From: Octopus vulgaris
Taxonomy: Eukaryota
Length of the DNA stretch: 64,000 nucleotides
Assembly: GCA_951406725.2 (NCBI GenBank)
Contig: OX597815.1
Span: 160,642,001 to 160,706,000 of the forward strand
Direction: 5' to 3'
The notes under the pieces were generated by a model. The model was not told the DNA's origin and did not search any database. It saw only the letters and a program-made list of their open reading frames with translations. Both the position numbers and the translations under genes were made by a program. This document shows positions 13,438 through 27,067 of this stretch, piece by piece. Each line of letters opens with the position of its first letter. Position 1 is the first letter of the stretch.

Positions 13438-14257
13438 TGCCAGTCTTTGTGTTGCTGTCACCGGTAGTTCATTATGTTGGTTCAACAGCTGCCCGCGTCT
13501 CTTCACCGTCCGTCTCCCGTGTCGATTCTGCTGTTTCCCATGCTCTGTCTGGTAGTTGCGATGTGTCGATTTTATATTGATTGATAGGCTCAGAAGGGAG
13601 TGCGCCAAAAGTTAAGATTGTTGTTTGAGCTTATTCCGCGCGAAGTTGTGATTGGCTGAATTTTGATGATCACATTGGTAACATTGTTTTCATACAACGG
13701 CGTGATTGATAAAATTTTGTTGATCCGTGAGTATTATTCCAGCAAATCACGACATCGGGCGATCGCTGAATATTCCTACTACATATCTCTCTTCTAGGAC
13801 CGAGTCCAAAATTTACTCGTAGTATTGTTATCATTTGATAAAAAAATCATTATATTTAGTGGATGATTAGCTGGAACATATAAATATCTTAATAAATAGA
13901 TTTTTATGGAAAGATATGTGGACATACTGGGAACCTACTCTCTGAGTTTTGTAACCAGCTGCTTTGCTAACACGATACAATTCTACAGAGACTTGTTGAT
14001 GTATCTGCAAATCTTACATATAAATTATTTATTTGCTGTTTTGATTATAACTTAGCTTAATTGAATTATAGGTCATGCAAACGCAAAATTTAGTGCTACA
14101 TCCAAACTGGTTGTAACTAATTAGTGTCTACTTAAATATATTGTAGTACTCTGCAGATTTGCCAAGAGATGATTTCATGTTCAACAACAAACAAACAAAC
14201 AACATGAACATGGATATCGAAGATCTCTCTCTCTCTCTCACTTTTTCTCTCTCTCCC

Positions 14258-14258
<1 letters not shown>

Positions 14259-14342
<84 letters not shown>

Positions 14343-14527
14343 GGGATCATGAAAAATAAGTGGGGCCGATCAATACACGATCCCTATTGATCGGCCCCAC
14401 GTTTTTTTTTTTCACGATCTCTTTTGATCGGAATTCGACCCTATTTTCCTTCTCTTCTTCCCAAAAAGAAATGCTCTACTTTGTATTTTGTCCCTTCCGT
14501 GTTCAGCCCTGCATGGCCAATAAAGAA

Positions 14528-14602
<75 letters not shown>
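14259..14602. repeat. Two (TCTA)n microsatellites
   Basis: Pure tracts at ~14259-14342 and ~14528-14602. Confidence 0.95.
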
Positions 14603-14603
<1 letters not shown>

Positions 14604-15223
14604 CTCTTACACTATTTCTCTCTTCTTTTCCTTCCTCACCCTCGCACTTTCATTTGAACAATCTCTTTCTCTATCTCCCTCGTTTTTCTCACACTCTCTC
14701 TATCAATCTTTTGGTTTCTTTCTATCTATTTATCTCAAAAACGTGTATAAAAGATGCTCAAACACAAAGGGCTACATCATCATTATATGTTTTACATTTT
14801 CACTGTACGGCTCAGGAACATCGCAATGCCAGCAAGTATAGACGAAGCTCGGATTTCGAACTTCTAAATGAACAACTAATCTATCAGTTTGTCTTTAATT
14901 AGAATAACTAAATAAGTAGACAAGCGTGGCTGTGAGGTGAGAAGCTTACTTCCCAACCAAACGGTCTTGCGTTCAGTCCTACTGTGCGGCACCTTGGGTA
15001 AATATTTCCCACATAAGCCCTGGGCTGACCAACGTTTCGTGAGTGGATTTGGCAGAGGAAAACTGTAAGAAGTCAATCGTGTATAGATAGCTAGATAGCT
15101 AAATAGATAGATAGATAGGTATGCATGTATGTATGTGAGCCAAGGAAACAGCGTGTCTGTGTCTTGTGCATGAATTTTCCCTTCGTTTCGTTCCTTCGTC
15201 GAGCCTCGGTTTAATTTTTGATA

Positions 15224-15740
15224 TCTATATATATAAAACTGTAGTTGTGTGAGTGTCTGTCTCCTACGATTTAGATTCCTAACTCCTCCCACATTTTGCG
15301 GTGCAGTTTAACCAAAACCGGGTATCTTATAGTCGTGATTAATATCTAGCCCGTCTGGCTATTAGCGCGCGTCTACGATGAGTCTACGATTTTAAAAATA
15401 ATTTAACATCATTTTTTATTCCATTTTAATGCATAATTTTTCGTGTGTCGATGGCGGTGGAGTTGGCGTCCACGCTCAAACACCTGCACCTGTGTTTGCT
15501 TCCCCTCCTTCTTCCCTCCCTCGTGAAGCTGTGGGGAAGGGAGTTTAAGGAAATCAACGTCGTAATGCGTTGTCAAGGAGACCAGCGTTCTTTTAGAACA
15601 ACGACTTCATGGCTTGAAGACACCAAAACAGAAATGGCTAAGAAAGCCCGAATTGGCACCTATAAGGGAAGTAACTCTCTAAAAATGCTTATATAGTTAT
15701 TTCCCTTACAAACCCGAGCAACGCCGGGCGATACTGCTAG
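15224..15740 (+). mobile_element. Non-autonomous Helitron, copy 1 (with extra internal segment)
   Basis: 5' TC(TATATATATAAAA), subterminal hairpin CCCGAGCAACGCCGGG, 3' CTAG; preceded by A. Confidence 0.85.
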
Positions 15741-16028
15741 TCTTTATATATAAAAGTGAAGTTGTGTGTCTGTCTCCTACGATTTAGATTCCTAACTACT
15801 CCCACATTTTGCGGTGCAGTTTAACCAAAAGTGAGTATCTTATAGTCGTGATTCATATCGAACCCTTCTGGGTATTAGCGCGCGTCTACGATTTAAAAAA
15901 AAATTTACCATAATTTTTCTGAATTTTTAACGCAGTTTCGCTCGCTTTATATAAGGGAAGTAACTCTCTATAAATGCTTATATAGTTATTTCCCTTACAA
16001 ACCCGAGCAACGCCGGGCGATAGTGCTA

Positions 16029-16029
<1 letters not shown>
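15741..16029 (+). mobile_element. Non-autonomous Helitron, copy 2, head-to-tail with copy 1
   Basis: Starts TCTTTATATATAAAA directly after CTAG of copy 1; ends CCCGAGCAACGCCGGGCGATAGTGCTAG followed by T. Confidence 0.85.
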
Positions 16030-16088
<59 letters not shown>

Positions 16089-16947
16089 CAGAATAATCAC
16101 GTAAATGCGAAACAAGGTGGAAAAAATAGTTCTCGAATACCAGAGGTAGAGTAATATGATTTATTAAAAAGCAGCAAAAATATTTTTAAAAATTAAGAAT
16201 TTCACGTTACTTTTTAATGAAGTGTATATATATATATAACTTATATTGTGTGTGTGTGTGTGTGTGTGTACGCGCTTTTGTGTTTATGTTTGTCTCCCAT
16301 CACTGCTTGACAACTGATGTTGGTTCGTTTATGTTCCCATAACTTAGCAGTTGGGTAAAAAGAATCCGATAGAATAAGTAGCAAACTATTTTCAAAAAAA
16401 ATAATTACTACGGTCGATTTGTTCGACTAAACTATTCAAGTCGGTGTTCCAGCATGGCCGCAATCCAACGACTGAAACAGATAAAAGATTTTTAAAATCA
16501 ATAGATAAATTTCAGGGAGACATACGATATCGGTCTTCTCAGCTGCCGTTGGTTAAATAATGTGGTGATTATCGATCTTGATTAAACTTCTTTTTCTGTG
16601 TCTTCCCCGTGTGAATTCGCTCAAAACATGAGACGTTAGAATTCACATTTCTCAAGACTCACAAACTTATTTAAGTTTGTGAACTCTATCCAAATGATTA
16701 ATCGGACTTAGTTCCACGTAATCTAATACGTTTCTTTTCTTTCCGTGTCTAAAATAGTATTGTACAATAATACAAGTCCTGTCAGTTATATCAGCCTTGA
16801 TAGAGGCTTAACCAGTGTGGAACTTAGAGTATCATCTACTATGGCACCGGACTGACTAATGCCTTGTGCGTTGTGTGTGAATTTGTGGAAATTGAAAGAA
16901 GGCCGTCGTGGGTGTATATGTATATGTGTGCATATATATATATACAT

Positions 16948-17107
16948 AGGAGCAGGCGTGGGTGTGTAGTAAGGAACTTGCTTCCCACATGGTTTCGGAT
17001 TCAGTTTAACTGCGTGGCACCTTGAGCAAGTGTCTCTTCTTTTATAACCTCGAGTCGGCCAAAGCTTTGTAAGTGGATTTAGAAGAGGGAAACTGAAAGA
17101 AGCTTGT

Positions 17108-17157
<50 letters not shown>

Positions 17158-17360
17158 TATACGTGTGTGTGTGTTTATGTCTGTTTCCCACCACTGCTTG
17201 ATGACCGGTGTTTGTCTGTTTACGTCCCGCAACATAGCGGTTCCATAAAAAAACCGGCAAAATAATCACTGGGCTTAAGAAAAAATAGCTTCGGAGGTCG
17301 ATTTGTTCTAAAACACTTCAAGGCGGTGCCCCAACATGGCTGCAGTCAAATGACTGCAGC
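16948..17360 (+). mobile_element. CORE-type tRNA-derived SINE, family B
   Basis: Head ..GGCACCTTGAGCAAGTGTC.., internal (TA)n, tail GGCGGTGCCCCAACATGGCTGCAGTCAAATGACTG. Confidence 0.8.
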
Positions 17361-17389
17361 CATGCAGCCATGTATGTATATATATATAA

Positions 17390-17780
17390 ATACCCAGGCC
17401 TATTCCCCATTTTTTTTAGGAGGAGGTAGCCACAACAAGACACGCACCAGGTATTCCATTCATTTCCCAGCTCAAATGGGTGAGCCTCGATCAATGTTTG
17501 GGTCAAGGCATAGAACGCAACCCCCAATATCAGCAGCGTAGCCCGACAGCATATGCTGGTTTACTCTCCCTGAACCATGCTGGTTCCGTACTCCATTTGA
17601 GCAACATTAAAATTCACTCATCCGTCCAAGCTTTCCTATCATTTATAAACTCTCTTACCTCTCTCATCACACTGTCCACATATAAATTAAACAGCCACGG
17701 AGACTTAACGCAACCTTGTCTTAACCCCACCTTCACATCAAACCACTCACTTCACCATCCTCCCTAACGCACGACCTACA
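17390..17780 (-). mobile_element. Internally deleted RTE-like LINE fragment
   Basis: Minus strand translates SEWFDVKVGLRQGCVKSPWLFNLYVDSVMRE (RT motif) then jumps to C-terminal and 3' UTR-like sequence. Confidence 0.7.
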
Positions 17781-17797
17781 TTCTCTACAATATATAT

Positions 17798-18285
17798 AGG
17801 CGCAGGAGTGACTGTGTTGTAAGAAGCTTGCTTCCCAACCACATGGTTCCGGGTTCAGTCTCACTGCGTGACACCTTGGGTAAGTGTCTTCTGCTATAAT
17901 CTCGGGTCGACCAAAGCCTTGTAAGTGGATTTGGTAGACGAAAACTGAAAGAAGCCTTTCGGCCTATCGTATATGTATGTGTATATATATATATATGTGT
18001 GTTTGTGTGTACATATATATAAAGAGCGAAAGAGATAGGTACATACATACACACACACACACACATATATATATATATGTATGTATTTGTGTGTCTGTGT
18101 TTGTCCCCCACCATTACTTGACACCGATGTTAGTGTGTTTATGTCCCCGTAATTTAGCGCTTCGGCAAAAGAGACCGATAGAATAAGTACTTGGCTTGCA
18201 AAGAATAAGTCCTGGGGTCGATTTATTCGACTAAAGGCGGTGCCCCAGCATAGCTGCAGTCAAATGATTGAAACAAGTAAAAGAA
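17798..18285 (+). mobile_element. SINE family B full-length copy
   Basis: GGCGCAGGAGTGACTGTG head, GGTTCAGTC B box, ACCTTGGGTAAGT core, tail ..CAGTCAAATGATTGAAACAAGTAAAAGA. Confidence 0.9.
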
Positions 18286-18398
18286 TATATATATTTATAT
18301 ATATATATAGGCAAGGAAAAATTGTAAAAATGCAGAATGCTCAAATGAAAGAAAATTTTAATGAAATGAGAAATTGATAAAATATATAAATATATATT

Positions 18399-18440
18399 TA
18401 TTCAAACCGGTTTTCGTCATTGTGTGACTTGTCAAGAATA
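18399..18440 (-). ncRNA. Minimal type I hammerhead ribozyme, U3-A8 core variant
   Basis: TATTC-TTGACAA-GTCA-CACAA-TGAC-GAAA-ACCGGTT-T-GAATA: all stems pair, palindromic stem III. Confidence 0.6.
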
Positions 18441-18686
18441 TTTAGGTTAAAAAGTTTTTTAAAAATTAGAAAGGGGAAAAAAGAAAATTGCATTGTTTTT
18501 TGCAAAAGAATAATAATAAATATGTACAAAAATTAAAAAATAAGTACTCCGATACATTGTGAGTTCGTTGTGTATCTTGAGTTTAATGATTGTTCACGAA
18601 AAAATGACCTTGAGGTATTAGGATCCAATGGGATTAAGAGCATGTGTTGTTTGGTTTAATTAAGGATGTTGGCAAAACAGGAAGTA

Positions 18687-20302
<1,616 letters not shown>

Positions 20303-20874
20303 CGAGAGAGATACGATAGATAGAGAGAGAGCGTATAAATCGTCAGTAAATCATAAATTCGAAACATTTTCTGCTCTCTAACCTGGAGTGTGCTTCTCTT
20401 TCGGATTTATGATTTACTCTCTCTCTCTCTCTCTCTCTCTCTCCGCACACACACACGCACGCACATATAGTATTATCTATGGCGACGTCACTACCACAGG
20501 AAGACATCTGTTCCAGCTGGTTTATTCAGTGCACTTCTCACACTAGATATTTATTGTAAGCAGGTTATGATCGTGGTGGTGGGTACTCGTTGCCAGGCAT
20601 GGATAGCAGCAGTTTACCTCGCTTGCAATATATATAGAAAAACATAGTATCATACAATCACTGAAATTGTAACTAGAAAACTAGTCCGTTAGAAAATCTC
20701 TGTTCAAATAGAAGTTGTGGAAAAACCAAATAAGTTGCTTATGGCCACATTGCCACACAGTTGCAAACGGTTCGAAGAAATGCAATTGTTAACAAAAGCA
20801 ATTAACTGACTCTATACAAAAGGTTAGCTCTAGGATAACCAAAACTGTTATATAGTTTCCATTTCAATTTATAT

Positions 20875-21600
20875 TTGAAGGCAAGCGCTACGCAAGACTG
20901 TCTGGGACAGGAGGGTGATCACCATCATGACAAAGATCAAGGTATACCGGGCTATTGTTCTCACAACGCTGCTTTACGGCTGCGAGTCCTTGACGGTCTA
21001 CCACCGTCATGCCAGGAAGCTGAACCACTTTCATACAACACGCCTCAGAAAACTTCTCGACATAAAGTGGCAGGACAGGATCCCGGACACCGAGGTACTA
21101 ATACGAGCTAACCTGCCCAGCATCCATACCATCTTGATGCAGTCTCAGCTTTGCTGGGCAGGGCACGTAGCTCGCATGTCAGACGATCGATTACCGAAAA
21201 GATTACTCTTTGGCGAGCTGCAAAAGGGAAAGCGCTCACAAGGCGGCCAGAAGAAGCGCTTTAAGGACACACTGAAAGCCTCACTGAAAGCCTTCAACAT
21301 CGACCATAACACTTGGGAGCAGTCTACCCTAGACAGCGAAGGGTGGCGATCAGCTGTCCACAAGGGTGCCAACACGTGCGAGACCAATAGGATCGCAGCT
21401 GCAGAAGACCGCAGAGAAGCCAGGAAGAACAGCTAACAACCCTGTAGCAGGAGCTACCATTCCCTGTCCACACTGTCAAAGACTCTTTCGGGCGCTAATT
21501 GGCCTCACTAGCCATCTGCGGACTCACAAAACAAGCCCACGCCACCCCAGGATGACTAGATGGTTTTCGTCGCATCGACGGGCAAACTACACACTACACA
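20875..21600 (+). mobile_element. 5'-truncated RTE-clade LINE (BovB-like) ORF C-terminus
   Basis: TKIKVYRAIVLTTLLYGCES...WAGHVARMSDDRLPKRLLFGEL...GGQKKRFKDTLK; terminal CPHC..HLRTH zinc finger; short ACTAC tail. Confidence 0.9.
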
Positions 21601-24314
21601 TCTGAAGTAATTTTTCTTCAAATGCGCTTGAGTCCCGTGAGGTAAGTCGTCAACACCGCAATGTATCATTTACTTTTCTTTAAAAACATAAGGAGTTGTG
21701 CCCAGTTCTTTTTTTTTTTTTTGTGGGAGGGCAAGGGTGGAGTTGCGATTGTTTTGCAGAATTCGGTCTCACTGCCGTAATTTATTCGCAGGGTTCAGCT
21801 GCAAGTCAATTTGGCGTTTAGATACCATCCCGTAAACATGAAAGCGCATGTCGTAATGGTTAGAGTGTTGCGCTCATGATCGCAAGATTGTGGATTCAAT
21901 TCTCAGACCGGCGGTGAGTTGTATTCTTGAGCAAAACACTTCAATTCATGTTGCTACACTCTACTTAGCTTTACATGTGACGGACTGACCTTTCGTTCAA
22001 GTGGAATGTCAGCCTGTCTACCTAGCCAGGAGGATGGCATCATTCGAAAGCTACAATAATGCGAAGAAGCGCACTGTAATCAGCGGTGTAGAGAAGCATG
22101 TGATTGTCTGGTCGATTGAGTGAAACGGTGAATAAGAATTTCCGTTATTACCTATTCAGTAGTTTTCTCTTTGCTCTACAGTATAATGCTGTCTTTTTGA
22201 TATGCATTGTGGTCCCGCCGTTTCTAGTCTCCGCACGTTTCAGCTTATTTGCTATTTCGGTGATTTTTCGGTGATTAAATCATAATATAAGAATGTGTGC
22301 ATCGCAAAAAGAATTCACTCGTTAGCTGCCAGACGTTTTAGCTACGAGACTAATCCCAATGCTTAATTAGAAGAACTGTAAAAAAAGAAAAAGAAAATTA
22401 CTATGAATATATATTAAAATCAACGTGAATACTATATGAGTTGGGTGGAATGTAACGCTAAACCAAGGAAATTGCGAGTTACGAATTAACGACTTTCTAA
22501 ATGACCAGCCAACAAAATTAGCAGTTAGGGTATTTTTGTACGAGTAATTTAGTATCTTATATTAATATTTCAGCTAACGTTGCTGATATTATGTTGCTTT
22601 CTATTTTTGCCTTTTACTTTTCTTTATGAAAATAAATTATGTTTAATATTAACTGAACATTGTTATTACTAATTACATTATAGTAGCCAATGTTGTTATA
22701 AGTGTGTTAGTTATATTTACTAAAAATGTCAAAGAGAAATTGCTCACTAAATTCATAAAAGTTTTGTGTCAGAAAGAAACCTATTGCGATTCGGCATTTG
22801 TCAAGCACATGAGAAATGAAACACTCAAATCTGATATAGGTAAGAGTATGATGTTCTCTGTTTTATGGCATTCAAAAATTAGATGTTATGTTCATTTTAT
22901 ATACATTAGTGTAATATTGAAAGTATTTTGCCCAAAATGCTTGGTTACAGAACGTTTGCACATGAAACGCTGCATGATAGCGGAAAACATGTTGGGAGTA
23001 GAAATTATGATTGTAAGATAAGAAAATAAAATCTATTACATGGAGAATATTTCGAGGTGAAATAAATATGTAATGATGCAGCTTGCTCCAAATTATGTTC
23101 ACCATTTGTCAGACAGATTGAAATCGGCATGTATTACTAGTAAAAGAAAAACGGGTTTTATTTCTGCTAACTAGCACAGAAGCTATTTCATAATATTCAG
23201 ACAAGAGAAATCCAACAATTTTGCCAATTGCATGGTACGCTGTGAGGCATTTGGGCAGCAATCTTTTCCTATCATTTTCATAGAATGTGTGAAATATTTA
23301 TTTGATGAATGGTTAGTGAGTATCAAAGTAAGTTATCGATTTTTGATTAGTATAATACGTTATATGATTTTGGGTCTGGATTCCCCGTAGAGTCAGTTTA
23401 GCTAGCTTATCGCTATGTAGCAGTTAATATGTAAGAAAGCTATTGTTCACTTTCAATGACAGGCTATGGATGGATGACTGCTACTCCTGACAAAAATAGA
23501 AACAAATGTATAATCTTAAATGTTAGTCTGCATCTTTTACACTTTTATGAATCAAAAATCAAAACGTAATACAGTGTTTAACATGAAATCCGGTATCGCT
23601 CGCTCACAAGCTTTGCAAAGCCAGTTAACGATTAACAATCCGTTGACAACGTTCAGACGGTAAATGACATTTTACTTGAACTAAAAATATAGATAATAGC
23701 CTCCCTCAGTCATACAAACTGCTCCACTTTTTAACACTTTCTCTACCAACCAATAAACCTGTATTTTTATATATCAGTAGGAAACACTGCTTTGAAAATC
23801 TTGTACTCAAGGACACAGCATTCGATATTTTCTCTTTTTCAGGGCATAAATTATACTCAGTCTATCCTGATCCTGTCTTTATTGCATTCTCAATCCGAGC
23901 CATCAACTCAAAGAAAACTTTTACTTCGCAAACATTGTTAAATCATCGGGCGTGTTCATGTATTGACTCCAACTAAACGCTTCAGGTAGTTTTAACTGAA
24001 ATCAATCGAATTAGTTCATATCTTAACGCGTAGCGCAACAAATTTTCTCTATTAGATAAATGACTGCCCATAATTACTGAAATACACAACCATATCCTTT
24101 TCTAACAAACAGGTCATTTTGACCCTGATAACTACCGCAATATCACCACTACTTCAAGCTTCCAATATTCGTCAGGTGAGAGGAACTTTCACTAAACACC
24201 TCCATCGTCATCTGTTTCTTTGTCCCTCTTTATACATATATATATACATATATATACATATATATATACATTTATATATACATATATATAATTATATATA
24301 TATGTATGTAAGTG

Positions 24315-24355
<41 letters not shown>

Positions 24356-24778
24356 ACATATGTGTGTGTGAGTACACATTCTTTCATATTTAAGACAGCG
24401 CGCACAGACACTCACACACATAATGAAAATATCATTTAACCATCATTATGCAATTTCATTTGACACGCTCGTTTATACAAAAACGTGAGAAGACCTTTAC
24501 AACAAATGCAATTACATTTTCATTTACTAAGAATTTCTTTAAGGCAGCTCTTTTAGTTAACATTAAAATTCAGTGCAGCGTTCAATATAAAACTGCTTGC
24601 CGGCACTCGAACTGAATAAAAAACATTGTTTCTTCAATATTCTGATTTTAAAGTTCGTTTACTTTTCAGATTTCTTCTTTTTATGCTGTCAGTTACCACA
24701 TATATTGTATGTAAACGCGCGCACGCCCGTGTGTGTGTGCGTGCATGCAATCACATTATAGTCAGTATTATCTGTCAA

Positions 24779-25632
24779 GGCGGCGAGCTGGCAGAAACGT
24801 TAGCACGCTGGGCGAAATGCGTAGCCGTATTTCGTCTGCCGTTACGTTCTGAGTTCAAATTCGGCCGAGGTCTACTTTGCCTTTCATCCTTTCGGAGTCG
24901 ATTAAATAAGTACCAGTTACGCACTGGGCTCGATCTAATCGTCTTAATCCGTTTGTCTGTCCTTGTTTGTCCCCTCTGTGTTTAGCCCCTTGTGGGTAAT
25001 AAAGAAATAGGTATTTCGTCTGCCGCTACGTTGTGAGTTCAAATACCGCCGACGTTGACTTTGCTTTCATCCTTTCGGAGTCGATAAATTAAGTACCAGT
25101 TACGGACTGGGGTCGATGTAATCGACTTTATCTCTTTGTCTGTCCTTGTTTGTCCCCTCTATGTTTAGCCCCTTGTAGGCAATAAAGAAATAAGAAACGT
25201 TAGTACGCCGGGCGAAATGCTTCGCGGTATTTCGTCTGCCGTTACGTTCTGAGTTCAAATTCCACCGAGGTCGACTTTGCCTTTTATCCTTTCGGGGTCG
25301 ATTAAATAAGAACCAGTTACGCACTGGGGTCGATATAATCGACTTAATCCGTTTGTCTGTCCTTGTTTGTACTCTCTGTGTTTAGCCCCTTGTGGGTAGT
25401 AAAGAAATAGGCATTTGGTCTGCCGGGCAGCGAGCTGGCAGACACGTTAGTACGCCGGGCGAAATACTTAGCAATATTTCGCCTGTCTTTATGTTCTGAG
25501 TTCAAATTCTGTCGAGGTCGACTTTGTCTTTCATCCTTTTGGGGTCGATAAATTAAGTACCAGTTGCGTACTGTGGTCGATATAATCGACTGGCCCCACC
25601 ACCAAAATTTCGGACCTTGTGCCTAGAGTAGA
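24779..25632 (+). mobile_element. Tandem array of SINE family A units
   Basis: Four successive GAGTTCAAAT..GACTTTG..CATCCTTT..GTCGAT..AAGTACCAGTT units, some lacking the head. Confidence 0.85.
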
Positions 25633-25917
25633 AAAAAAATTTTTTAGCAAACCGGGCAAAATGCTTAGTAGCATTTCGTTCGTCATAGCGTTGTGAGTTC
25701 AAATTCTGTCGGTGTTGACTTTGACTTTCATCCTTTCTGAGTCGATAAAATAAGTACTAGTTGAAAACTAAGGTCGATTTAATCGACTTAACCCAATCCC
25801 GTAGCTGTCGGCCTTGTGCCAAATTTTGAAATCAATATTATCTACTTGTCTGTCTGTCTGTCCGTCTCCTTCTCTCTGTCTCTCTCTCTCTATCTCTCTT
25901 TCTAATGTGTATATGTA

Positions 25918-26130
25918 TACGAGGTAGGTGGGCCTGTATGTGAAGTAGGGTAAAAGAAAATTCAGGAGGATCAGTTAATTATGATTTTATTTAACATATT
26001 CCCCTCTCAGAATTACACAATTCAGCAGTCCTGTTTTTCTAAGCCCTGTAAAAGAACTCGGTATGCTGGGCCTCCAGCAAGGCCTTTCGCGACACCCTTA
26101 AAGCCAGGAACTTTTCAGCACACTTTCGTA
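25918..26130. mobile_element. Tc1/mariner-type MITE (degenerate); related partial copy at ~38520-38642
   Basis: TACGAGG...TTCGTA ends; AAGCCCTGTAAAAGAACTCGG..GGCCTTTCGCGACACCC shared with the 38550 copy. Confidence 0.55.
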
Positions 26131-27032
26131 TATACATATGTATGTATGGATGGATGGATGGCTCGATCGGTAATATTCTAATTGCCCATTCACGTCTATG
26201 AGTATTCTCTTTCCTTCAATCAGGTCGAAACCCTAGTATCTCAGGGGATGGATAAGTCGTTCTCGATTATACATCAGTTTTCAAAAATAATATATATAGA
26301 AATAAAAATGACTTGACTTGATGTCCGCCACAAATATTGGAATCGTAAAATCACTAGAAAATCGTGAAAAGCATATAAGATCATGTTACTTTACAATAAA
26401 TAAGAATAAAAGCATATAAAATCATATTAAAATACGTACAGTAAATGTTAAGATACACGCCATAAAATAGTATAGCTCAGTGAACGAAATCATGAAACCA
26501 CAAAATCACCAAATTGTATGTACGTATAGATTTTTTTTTTACTGTTGCGAAATAATAATAATTACAGAATTTGTTTTGTAGGCTTAAAAAAAGAGCTTTT
26601 AGTTTACCATGTCTTACAGCAAACCGCATTCATAAATAAAGCATCCGCGATGTTCGGTAAGCACCGCCAAATTGTGTTCGTAAATTTAGATTTTTTTTTA
26701 CTGTACTGCATTAACAAAATAAAACATATTTGTTTGTAAACTTAAAATAGTTTTTTATTAACCATGTATTATTGAAAATTCATTCATAAATTACTAAACT
26801 GGGAATTGTTATTATCGGCCTAGCCTAGCCTAGAGACGAGTTAATTTGACTTAAGTCGTTTTTCGACTTTAAACCGTATCTCCTAGAATCAATTAGCGAC
26901 GTGGGGTGAGGTATGCCTGTGTATATATATATATATAAGGTTAATCCAAACGGGAAAACAGAAAAAATAACAACACGTGGAACAATTACAGTATTATTAT
27001 TATTAGGCGCTCAGGAAAATGGAAGAAGGAGG

Positions 27033-27067
27033 GTATGACGTTTCGAGCGGAGCTCTTCGTCGGAAAC
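27033..27067 (-). ncRNA. Minimal hammerhead ribozyme motif in PLE pLTR (CCGACGA core)
   Basis: GTTT-CCGACGA-A-GAGC-TCC-GCTC-GAAAC-GTC-ATAC; homologous to the 58731 copy with CTGATGA. Confidence 0.65.

Noticed and set aside
24120-24180. CTGACGA on minus strand (also at ~20340 and ~31285)
   Set aside because: No GAAA or closing stems at the right positions
24779-25632. CRISPR-like or satellite array
   Set aside because: Units are long SINE bodies without unique spacers; eukaryotic context, no cas genes
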